Assembly: GCA_003649205.1 (NCBI GenBank)
Contig: QMRC01000001.1
Span: 32,001-96,000 of the forward strand
Source: Thermoprotei archaeon
GTDB lineage: Archaea; Thermoproteota; Thermoprotei; Thermoproteales; B15-G16
Reading direction: 5' to 3'
DNA: 64,000 nucleotides
In this document: one piece after another, positions 1-10,489 of the stretch
How the letters are laid out: the number at the start of each line of letters is the position of its first letter
Position numbering within the stretch: position 1 is the stretch's first letter
Position numbers and translations under genes: made by a program
The notes under the pieces: generated by a model
What the model was told of the DNA's origin: nothing
Databases searched by the model: none
What the model saw: the letters and a program-made list of their open reading frames with translations, nothing else

Positions 1-226
1 CGACCTTGATGTCCCACCTCTTGTCACCAGGTTCAAGACCGTAGTCACTAGCCATCACCTTAACCAGCTGGAGGAAATTATTCCCACTTTCGTCAAGCGT
101 GATCGTTAGACCTGCTTCTCTAGGCCATCTCTGCAACTTAGCTACTCTCTTATCCTCAGGAACCTTCTTGCTTATCTTGATCTCTGCCTCTAGCTCTCTC
201 TCGTAGATCTTCGTCAAGGTACTCAT
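1..226 (-). CDS. Hypothetical protein, partial (runs off the window start)
   Basis: Manually translated open frame from ATG at 226 (MSTLTKIYERELEAEIKISKKVPEDKRVAKLQRWPREAG...), with a GGTGA RBS upstream. Not in the ORF track because it is truncated. Confidence 0.7.
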   Translation of the reverse strand, partial: MSTLTKIYERELEAEIKISKKVPEDKRVAKLQRWPREAGLTITLDESGNNFLQLVKVMASDYGLEPGDKRWDIKV

Positions 227-324
227 TCACTCACCCGCAAACTACAACGTCACAGAACCTATATTTCAATTACTCTCCAAGATGGAACAACGTAGCAAGG
301 TATATAGTTGACTAAGATTAGTCT

Positions 325-393
325 AGGTTGAGCGATGAAGAATGCCGTGGCCCCTGAATAGATGAGGAAGTTCTGGGGTTACTGAGCTAACCT
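325..393 (+). ncRNA. Box C/D methylation guide sRNA
   Basis: C-like ATGAAGA (335-341), 12-nt guide, D' CTGA (354-357), C'-like ATGAGGA (362-368), 13-nt guide, D CTGA (382-385). Terminal stem AGGTTgAGC/GCTAACCT. Intergenic, with a TATA-like TATATAG at 301-307. Confidence 0.8.
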
Positions 394-529
394 CTCTAAT
401 CACAGCGAATAACCTATGAAGTATCATTTACTAGTGGTACATCCGGACTTAGAGCAGGAATTTTAAGGGGCAGAAGAAATATATAGCATACGGACAATTA
501 AGGAACATCCTCATAACCTGGATAATTAT

Positions 530-2473
530 GTGTTAGGGTCACTAAATAGGTTCGTAACTATGACTCTTCGGGGATTTCAAGTGAGTGAGAAATTAATTGA
601 GAAATGGGTAAGTGAGTACCTAGCTGAGAGTGTGTGGGAGGTTAGAGAGAACGCTAACGTGAATAGAAGCTACACAGCACTCATGAGCTACGTAGTTGAG
701 AAAGCAATGAGAGCGCTGATACCGAAGTACTTCCCAGAGAAGGCCGTTAAGCTACACCTAGATGGCTGGATACACATACATAAACTACCCCACAGCCTAT
801 TCATACCGTACTGCGCAGGTTGGTCAACAGAGAGAATACTGAGAATGGGACTCAAAACACCTAGCATAAGCGCTAAACCAGCAAAGCACGCAGATGTGCT
901 CGTTGATCACCTAGTGAACTTCCTCTACTGCATAGCACAAGAGTGGACAGGTGCACAAGCTCTCTCAGCAATAGACCTCTACCTAGCACCATTTGCAGAA
1001 CACGATAGGTTAGACTACAAGAGGGTTAAGCAGTGTGTTCAGAGATTCATCTATGACCTCAACTTCACAGGCAGACTAGGTATGCAGACACCATTCACAA
1101 ACGTCATGCTGACCTGTGGAGCGATTGAGGAATACATGGATCTACCAGCTATTGTCGGTGGTGAAGTAGTTGGTACTCTAGGTGACTATTATCATAGAGT
1201 ACCTGAAGTAGTCAAGGCCTTTTGTGAGGTGTATCTGGAAGGTGATGCAACTGGTAGACCCTTCACATTCCCAATACCGACAGTACCTGTTACACCTGAC
1301 TTCTGGAAGTTCCCTGAGATGGATATGATCTGGTTAGCAACTGCTAGGAGGGGTAGCTTCTACTTCCTAAATGGTTACAGCATTGATGTAGCACAGCTAT
1401 TCTCAATGTGTTGTAGACTGGTCATTAACACAGCTAAGGTGGTTCATAAGAACAGTTACAGAGAGAAGCTAGAGGAGATCGAGGGTGAATTATTCAAAAT
1501 GAAGCACATACCGAGAGGAGTGTGGGCTATCCCCGATGCTACAGGTAGCATCGGTGTTGTGACGATAAACCTAGCTAGGATAGCTATGGAAGCTGTTAAG
1601 AGAGGCGATGAGAAGTATGTCTTCGACATACTACAGGACCTATTCAGGGTGGCTAGGGAGTGCTTGATGACTATGAGGAGGAGGTACGAGAAGAGTCTTG
1701 AGTCAGGCCTCATGCCGATGACTAGGATGTACCTTGGACACTTCATGAATCACTACAATACGATAGGTTTCGTAGCACTACCTGAGTTCAGTAGCATACT
1801 ACTCCAGAGACCTAGGTTGTGGTATATTGAGGACCCACGTGGAGCTAAGGAGGTTTGCAAGCTATATAGATCCGTGCTAGAGTTTGCGAATAAGATTTGT
1901 GAAGAGTTTGAGAGCGAGGACGGTGTTCTGTACAATATAGAGTTAGTACCTGCTGAGTCCGCTGCATATAGATTAGCTAGGTTAGACTACGAGAAGTACC
2001 CAGAGTTCAGAAGCTATATACCTGTTGAAGCACCTTTCGGTAGTGAGGGTGAGAAGGTACCCTTCTACAGTAGCCTCATAACACCGAGTTACAGTACGTG
2101 GGATCTGAGACTACAGCTAGAGGTTGAGTCCGAGATACAGCCACTATTCACTGGTGGCGTAATGAAGCACATATTCCTAGGTACAAAGCTAGAGGTTGAG
2201 CAGGTACGTAGATTTGTTGAGAATATCTGTAAGACAACGAGGATCGTGTACTTTAGCTTGACACCAGTTATGAGTGTGTGTCAGAAGTGTGGTTGGTGGG
2301 ATATTGGTATCTACGCAAGGTGTCCAAGGTGTGGTAATGAGATGATTGACGTGTATAGTAGGATAGTAGGGTATTACAGACCTGTGAAGTTGTGGAACGT
2401 AGGTAGGAAGGCAGAGTTCAAGAGCAGGAGACACCTAAGGGAAGAGGATGTAGAGAAGGTTGTCTTAATGTGA
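530..2473 (+). CDS. nrdD: Anaerobic (class III) ribonucleoside-triphosphate reductase; true start may be GTG 581
   Basis: YCAGWS, QTPFTN, FTFPIPT, SMCCRL finger loop, GSIGVVTIN, PAES, C-terminal CxxC...CxxC zinc site and glycyl-radical motif SRIVGYYRPV. Confidence 0.95.
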   Translation: MLGSLNRFVTMTLRGFQVSEKLIEKWVSEYLAESVWEVRENANVNRSYTALMSYVVEKAMRALIPKYFPEKAVKLHLDGWIHIHKLPHSLFIPYCAGWSTERILRMGLKTPSISAKPAKHADVLVDHLVNFLYCIAQEWTGAQALSAIDLYLAPFAEHDRLDYKRVKQCVQRFIYDLNFTGRLGMQTPFTNVMLTCGAIEEYMDLPAIVGGEVVGTLGDYYHRVPEVVKAFCEVYLEGDATGRPFTFPIPTVPVTPDFWKFPEMDMIWLATARRGSFYFLNGYSIDVAQLFSMCCRLVINTAKVVHKNSYREKLEEIEGELFKMKHIPRGVWAIPDATGSIGVVTINLARIAMEAVKRGDEKYVFDILQDLFRVARECLMTMRRRYEKSLESGLMPMTRMYLGHFMNHYNTIGFVALPEFSSILLQRPRLWYIEDPRGAKEVCKLYRSVLEFANKICEEFESEDGVLYNIELVPAESAAYRLARLDYEKYPEFRSYIPVEAPFGSEGEKVPFYSSLITPSYSTWDLRLQLEVESEIQPLFTGGVMKHIFLGTKLEVEQVRRFVENICKTTRIVYFSLTPVMSVCQKCGWWDIGIYARCPRCGNEMIDVYSRIVGYYRPVKLWNVGRKAEFKSRRHLREEDVEKVVLM

Positions 2474-3733
2474 CCTAGCTCTAGACAATGTGGTTACGTG
2501 TACAGCACATGATACACATGGATCGTAGCTTCTAACCGTTGTCAGTACTGTCTTCTTAATTTCCTCAACAGATTTCCCTGTAGCTAATTCCTTGACTGTC
2601 CTCTCGATGCTACCTAAGTTTATCACTGTTGGTGTGATGACATTGCACCTACTCACCACTTGGTTCCTTACGGTGTATTCATGGAGGAGTATACCTCTTG
2701 GTGCTTCTACGACCGCAAATCCAACTCCCTCATCTCTCTTAGGTTGCTCAATTATTGACCTACCGGCAATGTCCATTATCTGTGGTAGTTCTTGAGCTAC
2801 TCTATTGAGATGCTCTATCACCTCTATTACCTGTGCCACTAAATTCATAGTTATGTAGTCTTTGAGATCTCTTCGCAAATTCATAACCTCCTTCTTAGCT
2901 GGCTCACATAGTAGATTCCTTTCATTTGTGAGTAATCTAGCAAAAGCACCTACACTACACGGCTCTCCGTCTAGGAAGCAGAACTTTGCTGTTGAGTAAT
3001 CTCTAGCTTCTTCCCTGAGTATGAGACGTACCTTACTCACATCAATTTCCTCGCTTGCATTCACTGTGGGAATTCCTTCCACGACTGAGTACCTATGACT
3101 TTTCAGAGCCATGAACTTGCCATACCTAGAGACCTTGGGTATACCTCTCATGGCATCTAGTAGCTTCCTCAGTAGCTCCTCGTATCTACGACATAAATCC
3201 CTCACTTTCTTGAGTAGGTTCTCTAGTACACTTCTCCTCGGAATGTGGTATGCTCCACCAACCGCTAGAGTGACAGGGTGAACCCTATTACCGAATAGAG
3301 TTTCTGCTACAGTAGCTACCTCGCTACGCAGTATAATCACGTCTCGAAGTAGCTCACGGTACTTAGCTACATCCTGTATCACGTCTGGTAGCATCATCGC
3401 TATATGAATTAGATGGCTATCAATGTGATTTAGTCTAAGTGCTACATCTCTCAGTATCTTAACCTCCTCACGTACTTCAATACCAAGTGCTCTCTCTATC
3501 GCAAGTACTGAGCACACCGTATGTGCGTAACCACATATACCACAGATCCTACTGGTGACACTAGGTACGTACCTGTACTTCAGTCCTGTAACGACCTTCT
3601 CAATTAACCTAATGCCCTCGAGAGCAGCTACCCTAACATCTTTGACAACACCCTTCTCATCGGTAAATAGCTCTACCTCGAGATGACCCTCAACTCTCGG
3701 AATCTCAAGTGCTCTCAACCTAACACTATCCAC
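2465..3733 (-). CDS. hydA: Group 3b [NiFe] hydrogenase (sulfhydrogenase-type) large subunit alpha
   Basis: RVEGH, L1 motif RICGICG, EAPRG, L2 motif DPCVSCAVH followed by a short C-terminal extension. Confidence 0.92.
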   Translation of the reverse strand: MDSVRLRALEIPRVEGHLEVELFTDEKGVVKDVRVAALEGIRLIEKVVTGLKYRYVPSVTSRICGICGYAHTVCSVLAIERALGIEVREEVKILRDVALRLNHIDSHLIHIAMMLPDVIQDVAKYRELLRDVIILRSEVATVAETLFGNRVHPVTLAVGGAYHIPRRSVLENLLKKVRDLCRRYEELLRKLLDAMRGIPKVSRYGKFMALKSHRYSVVEGIPTVNASEEIDVSKVRLILREEARDYSTAKFCFLDGEPCSVGAFARLLTNERNLLCEPAKKEVMNLRRDLKDYITMNLVAQVIEVIEHLNRVAQELPQIMDIAGRSIIEQPKRDEGVGFAVVEAPRGILLHEYTVRNQVVSRCNVITPTVINLGSIERTVKELATGKSVEEIKKTVLTTVRSYDPCVSCAVHVTTLSRARSH

Positions 3734-4514
3734 TATCTAACACCTCAGTAACCTTTGCTCGAAGACTAGAGAATGTCTGGAATATACTCATTAACTTCTT
3801 AATGGTTACAGAATCAAGCAGATTCTTTTCCTTTAAAATGTTGATGTACTCCCTAATTCTAAGCTCAGGAGCTGGACCCCTACAACCTAGACAGGGAGCA
3901 CCAACTCTAGGACACCTAGCTTCGCAACCACCTCTCGTCAATGGACCAAGACACAGTACTCCTTTTTCAAGTAAACACACCATACCTCGTGCTTTGCACT
4001 CGAAGCATACTGTATGTTCACAGAGCTTAAACTCCTTACCTAGAATCAGTGATGTAAGGAGCTTTTGAAGCTCAGATTTGGGTGGTGGACAACCAGGTAC
4101 TACGTACGAAACCTTAACAAGTTCGGTAATTGGCTTAGCCTCTGGCGGTGGCAACCTCCTTAACTTAGGTAAAGTTCCTTGATATACCTCACGAGTAATC
4201 TGCTGTAAGTTCTCAAACGTTAAACATGACTGCGATACACCACCTAGCACAGCACATGAACCTAAAGCTACGACGTACTGAGCCTTCTCACTAGCACTCT
4301 TAAGCAACTCGTAGTCACGTTCACTAGCTACAGCACCCTCAACTATCAGTACATCCACCTTGCTGGGTTCAGCATCCATGATTAACCTACAGTACTCAAG
4401 CTCCAGGTAATTCAGTAAACCTGGCGTCGTTAGGAGAACGTCGAGTAACTCATTAACGCAGCCTTCACAACCTGTCAAGCTAAGTATACCTAGCCTCAAC
4501 TTCTTCATACTCAT
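3726..4514 (-). CDS. hydD: [NiFe] hydrogenase small subunit delta
   Basis: GCEGC, VEGAV, ALGSCA, VPGCPP, and a distal CxxC...CLGP...C...CxGC FeS region. Confidence 0.92.
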   Translation of the reverse strand: MSMKKLRLGILSLTGCEGCVNELLDVLLTTPGLLNYLELEYCRLIMDAEPSKVDVLIVEGAVASERDYELLKSASEKAQYVVALGSCAVLGGVSQSCLTFENLQQITREVYQGTLPKLRRLPPPEAKPITELVKVSYVVPGCPPPKSELQKLLTSLILGKEFKLCEHTVCFECKARGMVCLLEKGVLCLGPLTRGGCEARCPRVGAPCLGCRGPAPELRIREYINILKEKNLLDSVTIKKLMSIFQTFSSLRAKVTEVLDSG

Positions 4515-5368
4515 CTAATATCCTCCTCACGAATTTCACTAAGGGCAAATACAGGGCCATCCAGACAGACGTACTTACCGTTAGATAGCATGCAGTGACC
4601 ACACTTACCAATACCACACTGCATCTTCCACTCAAGTGAGAGGTAGATCCTATTCCTACTGATGCCTAGCGACAGTAGCTTCGGTATTGATACCCTCATC
4701 ATTATTGGTGGACCACAGACACAAGCAACAGTATGTGGTCCTCTTGGTGTAGGTACCTTATCGAGTAGCTGTGTAACAACACCAACAAATCCTCTCCAAG
4801 TTTCATCAGGTTTATCAACTGTTAAGTACACGTCAATGTACTTACTCCAGTAATCTAGGTCATACCTTCTGGGTATTAGTCTTGGTTCTCTACTACCGTA
4901 GAGGAGTACTACATCTCTAAACTCGTGTCTGTGCTCACAAATGTAGTGTAGGAGGCTCGACACAGCGAAGAGTCCTGTACCACCTGCTAGTACTATAACA
5001 TTCATGTCGTAGAAGTTCTCAATTGGAAAACCCTTACCTAGTGGTGCTCTCACACCAACGATGTCTCCAGGTTTTAGTGCGTGTATTGCTCTCGTAACAG
5101 TTCCAACAGCTCTCACTGAGACCTCAAAGTGCTCACTACTCCTAGATGGTGAGGAAGCTATTGCGAAGGGCGCCTCACCATAGCCAAATACTGAAACCTC
5201 AGCGAATTGACCTGGTCTAAAGCTAAATCTTCTCTGCTCTTCTTCATCGATGTACCTTAGCTTGAGAGTCTTGATATCTGGAGTCTCCTCAATTACATCT
5301 AGCACCTTAGCTAGCTTAGGTACGTAAGGACTTAAGAACTTCAATACCAACCACCTCACTAAGTACAT
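4511..5368 (-). CDS. hydG: Sulfhydrogenase gamma subunit (FAD/NAD(P)-binding, 2Fe-2S); likely start TTG 5344
   Basis: FRPGQF, GEAPF, LAGGTG, CGPPIMM, MQCGIGKCGHC...VCLDGPVF. Confidence 0.9.
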   Translation of the reverse strand: MYLVRWLVLKFLSPYVPKLAKVLDVIEETPDIKTLKLRYIDEEEQRRFSFRPGQFAEVSVFGYGEAPFAIASSPSRSSEHFEVSVRAVGTVTRAIHALKPGDIVGVRAPLGKGFPIENFYDMNVIVLAGGTGLFAVSSLLHYICEHRHEFRDVVLLYGSREPRLIPRRYDLDYWSKYIDVYLTVDKPDETWRGFVGVVTQLLDKVPTPRGPHTVACVCGPPIMMRVSIPKLLSLGISRNRIYLSLEWKMQCGIGKCGHCMLSNGKYVCLDGPVFALSEIREEDIR

Positions 5369-6347
5369 CTAGTGGAGATATTGCTGCTGGGCACACAATA
5401 GCACACCTACTACAACCAACACAACCAAATACACCGTACTTCCTCCACATGAATACGAACTTATGGTAGTACCTATGCTTAAACCTCTCAGTAGGATCAG
5501 CTCTAGCTACTCTACCACCTGCAACCATTGTGAAGTACCTGAAGATACAGGGATCCCACTTCCTAACTCTAGTACACTTGAAGGGTACTAACGACAGTAC
5601 TCTATCCTCAATCTCAAAGCAGTGACAAGTTGGGCAGACAGCTAGACAGGAACCACAAATCATGCACTTCTCTGCGAACTTACTCCACACATCAGCACCG
5701 TACTTCTGATCAAGAATACGCACAAGCTCTTCAGCAGCTTTTGGATTAGGACCTGTAGACTCCACTATTGTCTCCTCAATAACTTCCTTCTCAATACCAT
5801 CAATGACCTCTCTACCTCTAGCACTACCTACCTTAACTAAGTACTCACCCTCTCTAGGCACTATCCATAGATCGTACGTACCGTACCACGGCTTATCACA
5901 CGCTAGTACATCGCAGAAGCACTTATCACTTGGCTTCTCTGCACAGCTCAGAACTATTATGAGGGCACGTCGTCTCCGCTCAAGGTAGTGTACATCTCTT
6001 GGTTCGGTACTGTGTACACTATCTAAGACTGCTATAGCATTGCAGTCACATGGATGTATGCAGAAGAACGCATTCTTTCTCTCATCTATTACTGGTGTAA
6101 CTCTTTCGATCTCGTATGGTGTGGGTCCTTCACATGTGAAGAGTGGTTCTTCATTTGGTTGTAGGAAGTACCTTGGTGATGGGTACACTATACCTGCATC
6201 TAAAGTAACATCTCTACCTGTTGTTACCTCTGTCATAACTGTTCCCTGAGGTTCCTCTATTGTCGGTGCTATGACTATGTAGCCCTTGCTAACTAGGTCA
6301 TCAACTAATCTACGTAGGTTACCCTCTCTAACCCTATAGACCTTCAT
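5316..6347 (-). CDS. hydB: Sulfhydrogenase beta subunit (4Fe-4S)
   Basis: HPCD, CFC, CMICGSCLAVCPTCHCF and CVGCSRCAIVCP. First gene of the beta-gamma-delta-alpha operon. Confidence 0.9.
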   Translation of the reverse strand: MKVYRVREGNLRRLVDDLVSKGYIVIAPTIEEPQGTVMTEVTTGRDVTLDAGIVYPSPRYFLQPNEEPLFTCEGPTPYEIERVTPVIDERKNAFFCIHPCDCNAIAVLDSVHSTEPRDVHYLERRRRALIIVLSCAEKPSDKCFCDVLACDKPWYGTYDLWIVPREGEYLVKVGSARGREVIDGIEKEVIEETIVESTGPNPKAAEELVRILDQKYGADVWSKFAEKCMICGSCLAVCPTCHCFEIEDRVLSLVPFKCTRVRKWDPCIFRYFTMVAGGRVARADPTERFKHRYYHKFVFMWRKYGVFGCVGCSRCAIVCPAAISPLDVLSEVVGIEVLKSLRT

Positions 6348-6529
6348 GGTGTGTCGAAACTCCTTTTCCGTAGCTCTTGAGATTACTGGGGGCTATACTG
6401 GGTAATGGTATTTATCAATTATAGTCGTCCATGATAACCTCGTAGCTGTGGTATTGTCTTGGAAGTTGCTCTAGGGGGTAAACCCATGAAGTAGTGTAAT
6501 ATTGTTGTGTGGTATCTCTGTTGTGAACT

Positions 6530-9073
6530 ATGTCGAGGCTCAAGATATATCTCCTCGGTCATAGCCACATAGATGTTGCTTGGCTATGGTCCACTAATGA
6601 GACTAAGGTTGTCTGTCATGATACATTTCTCAACGTCATTAAGCTTATGGAGAGGTTCCCTGATTTCAAGTATGCTCAGAGCACAGCGCTGTACTATAGG
6701 TGGATTGAAGAGCAGTACCCTGAACTACTTGAGAGGATTAGGAAGTTGATTAATAGAGGTCAGTGGGAGGTTGTTGGTGGTTCTTGGGTTGAATGTGATT
6801 GTATTGTCGTCTCTGGTGAGTCGTTAGTCAGACAGTTCGTCTATGGTAAGAAGTACCTTAGAGAGAAGCTCGGTGTAGACGTTGAGGTTGCTTGGTTTCC
6901 TGATTCCTTCGGATTTCCATCTATATTACCTCAGATACTTAAGAAGTGTGGTATTAAGTACTTCTTCACACAGAAGCTCAACTGGAACGACATTGTCCTC
7001 TACCCCTACAATGCGTTTTGGTGGGAAAGCAGTGATGGTTCTAGAGTCCTCGTATACAATCCACTGCTGTGGTTTTGGACTAGGTTGTGGGATATGGATC
7101 TCTGGCGTACATTCATTAACTTATCACTTGCAAGGCAGGAACTTAGTGAGCTACTACTACTGTACGGCTATGGTGATCATGGTGGTGGCCCTACTAGCGA
7201 TATGGTTCAGTACGTACTTGAGAAACTACCTTCAGAACTGAGTAAGCTTGGTGTTGTTGAGACTTCTCACATTCGAGCAATCGACTACTTCCGCATGCTG
7301 GAAGAGAGCTACGGTGCAACTCTACCCACCTATAGAGGTGAGCTATATCTTCAGTTCCATAGAGGAGTATTTTCTTCTCAAGTTAAGGTAAAGGAGTTAA
7401 TTAAGAGATGCGAGTACTTACTTGAGGTTCTCGAGAAGTTATACACCATTAGGTACCTCGTAACGAATAGGGTCTACAGTAGGGAGGAGGTTCAGAAACT
7501 CTGGTTAGAGCTGTTGACTGCGCAGTTCCATGATGTTGCATCCGGTACTCTATCTGAAACTCCGTACTGGGAATTTAGGAGATCTCTGGAGCATCTTGAA
7601 AAGGAGCTTCACAATAAGGTTTGTGAAGTATTGCTCGAGTTAGTTGCTAGATCTCTGAAGTCAGGTAATGTAACTACTCTCGTGGTATTCAATCCAGTAC
7701 CTAGGTGTAGGAGAGTTTACGTATACGTACCCTCAGGATACGGTCTTCAATCAGTAAGAGATATCGTGAGTAGTGAAGCTCTAGATCTAGTTGCTGTAGA
7801 TGTGCATGGGTTTGAGATTGCTGCTATTCCACTTACAGAGCTGAGGAACCTAGATGTCCACACTGATCTACGAGTTATGGAAAATGAGAGGGAGGTTGCT
7901 CTCGAAAATAGCTACGTTAGAATCACCGTAGATAGGCTTAGTGGTAGAGTTAAGCAGCTCTATAGCAAGGTACTAGGTTTTGAGTACTTAGCTGGTAGAG
8001 GTATTAGGTTGGAGCTATATGACGATAAACCTACCTTGGGTAGAGCTACCATTGGTACTGTCGAGAAGTTCGTGGATTACTACTACGATTGCTGGGAGGT
8101 CTATGCTCTTCAGAGTACTGATGGTGTGAAGTTTGTAGAGCTAAATAATCCACTTAGAGTGGAGGTTATTGAGAGAGGTCCTCTAAGAGCTACTGTCTTG
8201 GTGGAGTACGAGTACCGTGATGAGTCTGGTAACGAAGCACACGTAAGGCACTACATAAGGCTCTACAGCAATGAGCCATGGATAGAAGGGGTTCTCGATA
8301 TTGATTGGAAGTGTTGCCACAAGATGCTTAAGCTGTGTCTTGACCTAAGCTTCTGGTCTGAGTACGTTAGAGTTGGTGAGCCATACGGATCGGTATTGAG
8401 GAGGAATCCAGCTTCACCATACTCAACACTATACGATAGAGCTAAGTGGGAAGCACCATTCAACACGTGGATTGACTATAGTGATGGTGAGAAGGGACTA
8501 GCAGTAATCTGTGGTACCAGATTCAGCTATGATCTGATGGTACAAACCCTCAGATTGACCATATTGAGAGCACCTCGATATCCACCAGATGGATGGAGAA
8601 CACCATGGACTAAGGAGGTACTTGAGGCACAGAAGGTAGTTGAGCAAGAGAGGCACATAGTTACGTACTACCTGTACCCACATAGAGGTAACTACGAAGA
8701 AGGGGAAGTACCTACAGTAGCTGAAAACCTAACAAAAGAACCAATCACATACCTATACCCAGGAACAGGGAAGGCTCTCAGGCTTACTACACTCAAAGTA
8801 GAACCCACCATGATACAGGTACCTGCACTAAAGCTCTCCGAAAGCAGAGACACGATTACAGTTAGACTAGTCAATCCCTACGAGCATGAAATTGATGTAG
8901 AGATCGAGCTCCTAAACCACGACATCGCATTAGTAAATGCTAGAGAACTCAATCTACTTGAAGAACCAATAGAAGAAATCAAGGACCTAGCAAGAGATAG
9001 AGTACGTACAACGCTCATCAAGCATGAGATCAAGACGATTGAATTAGAGGTACAGCATAAGGAAAGAACCTAA
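6530..9073 (+). CDS. Glycoside hydrolase family 38 alpha-mannosidase
   Basis: HSHIDVAWLW, VGGSWVE, SGESLVRQ, WFPDSFG nucleophile, YGYGDHGGGP, GELYLQFHRG, QFHD. Confidence 0.93.
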   Translation: MSRLKIYLLGHSHIDVAWLWSTNETKVVCHDTFLNVIKLMERFPDFKYAQSTALYYRWIEEQYPELLERIRKLINRGQWEVVGGSWVECDCIVVSGESLVRQFVYGKKYLREKLGVDVEVAWFPDSFGFPSILPQILKKCGIKYFFTQKLNWNDIVLYPYNAFWWESSDGSRVLVYNPLLWFWTRLWDMDLWRTFINLSLARQELSELLLLYGYGDHGGGPTSDMVQYVLEKLPSELSKLGVVETSHIRAIDYFRMLEESYGATLPTYRGELYLQFHRGVFSSQVKVKELIKRCEYLLEVLEKLYTIRYLVTNRVYSREEVQKLWLELLTAQFHDVASGTLSETPYWEFRRSLEHLEKELHNKVCEVLLELVARSLKSGNVTTLVVFNPVPRCRRVYVYVPSGYGLQSVRDIVSSEALDLVAVDVHGFEIAAIPLTELRNLDVHTDLRVMENEREVALENSYVRITVDRLSGRVKQLYSKVLGFEYLAGRGIRLELYDDKPTLGRATIGTVEKFVDYYYDCWEVYALQSTDGVKFVELNNPLRVEVIERGPLRATVLVEYEYRDESGNEAHVRHYIRLYSNEPWIEGVLDIDWKCCHKMLKLCLDLSFWSEYVRVGEPYGSVLRRNPASPYSTLYDRAKWEAPFNTWIDYSDGEKGLAVICGTRFSYDLMVQTLRLTILRAPRYPPDGWRTPWTKEVLEAQKVVEQERHIVTYYLYPHRGNYEEGEVPTVAENLTKEPITYLYPGTGKALRLTTLKVEPTMIQVPALKLSESRDTITVRLVNPYEHEIDVEIELLNHDIALVNARELNLLEEPIEEIKDLARDRVRTTLIKHEIKTIELEVQHKERT

Positions 9074-9137
9074 GAGCAAAGTTTATTAGATTAAACATGA
9101 CTCGGTTAGGTAGATCAAGCTTATGGGGTAGACAGGT

Positions 9138-9329
9138 ATGCCAAGCCATGGATCACTAACAAAGGCGGGAAAGGTGAGGAACGCAACACCCAAGATACCA
9201 CCGAAACCAAAGAAGAATCTAAGTCCAAGGAGGAGAAACAAACGCAACTACAAGAGGAGAATAGTAGTACCAACAGCACTGGGTACAGGACCAACGACGG
9301 CGGGAACAGTGATGCCTGCAAGATCTTAA
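9138..9329 (+). CDS. rps30e: 30S ribosomal protein S30e
   Basis: [16 protein letters not shown]...PRRRNKRNY signature. Confidence 0.95.
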   Translation: MPSHGSLTKAGKVRNATPKIPPKPKKNLSPRRRNKRNYKRRIVVPTALGTGPTTAGTVMPARS

Positions 9330-9353
9330 GCACGCCACTTTTCCTCCCTCAAT

Positions 9354-10460
9354 TCAGTACCTAAACCTCCGATATCTAATGGATAGGTACAGTACTACGG
9401 CAGCGAGGCAAAATACAACTACTGAAATTAGCAAGACATTATTCACATCTGAACTCACTCCTACGGTTAAGAGCACGATGAAACCAGCAATGCCATAGGC
9501 ACAGTAGTACCTAGACATGGCAATAGCCTGATTCACAGCTCCATAAACTCTGGAGAGTAAGGTAAATGCAGATACCTCGAAGAACGTACTTAGAGGGATA
9601 AGCCATAGCAGTAGAGCTGCTAGAGGGTAGGTATACCAGATTACGAGAGTTACAGCTGTTAGAGCGAGGTAGCTAAGTATCGTGAGTTCGAGTACGTACG
9701 CAGAACCATACCTATCAACGAAGTAACCAGCAATAGGCCTCACAATGCTTAAGAGCAGAGGTGGAAGACCTGAGTAAACTACGCAGTACAGTACTGGATC
9801 CGGTACAATGTACCTAAGTATCCTAGCATAACCACACCACAGCAACTCACTACCAGCAAGACCAAGCACCAGTACTAGAGTTAACTCACCACGTAAAGCA
9901 ACAACACTACGTAGAGTACATCTGGAGTAACGTACCCTAACTCTCTTAGTCGCGTAGAGTAGCAGTAGAGACGCTATTAAATTGAGCACTGTAATCAGCA
10001 TCACAGTACCCTGAAAACCAAGTAGTCTCAGCAAGAAACCACCAATGAAACCAGCAATAGAGTACCCTAGCACGTAGCTCACAGTTACCTTAGCGTAAAT
10101 AAGTCCGCGACCACCAGATAGGTGGAAGCATATAGCGAAGCATGTAGCGAACAAAACAACTCCACCTAGAGAGGCAGGTGCAGCGAACAAGTAACCGTAC
10201 TCAATACCTATAGCTAACAACCCTACCTCAAATACCTGTAGAATTGAAACCAATCCCAGAAACCAGTACCCTAGCTTCTCACCGAGGTAACATATCACTG
10301 GTGTAATGACTAGCGGTATTAATTCAGCTACTGAGTACCTTAGTATAAGCGTCATTGAGTTAGCTAAGTACCTAGTTAGGAAGAAGTAGAGAGACCATGA
10401 AGATGACGATAGTAGTAGCGAGATGGCTAGTATGGCGTAGATACTTCTCACCAACTTCAT
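9354..10460 (-). CDS. MFS-type membrane transporter (likely start ATG 10460)
   Basis: About 12 hydrophobic segments and a GYFVDRYG MFS loop motif. Confidence 0.7.
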   Translation of the reverse strand: MKLVRSIYAILAISLLLSSSSWSLYFFLTRYLANSMTLILRYSVAELIPLVITPVICYLGEKLGYWFLGLVSILQVFEVGLLAIGIEYGYLFAAPASLGGVVLFATCFAICFHLSGGRGLIYAKVTVSYVLGYSIAGFIGGFLLRLLGFQGTVMLITVLNLIASLLLLYATKRVRVRYSRCTLRSVVALRGELTLVLVLGLAGSELLWCGYARILRYIVPDPVLYCVVYSGLPPLLLSIVRPIAGYFVDRYGSAYVLELTILSYLALTAVTLVIWYTYPLAALLLWLIPLSTFFEVSAFTLLSRVYGAVNQAIAMSRYYCAYGIAGFIVLLTVGVSSDVNNVLLISVVVFCLAAVVLYLSIRYRRFRY

Positions 10461-10489
10461 GATTTCCCGAACATGTCACGTGTATCGAC

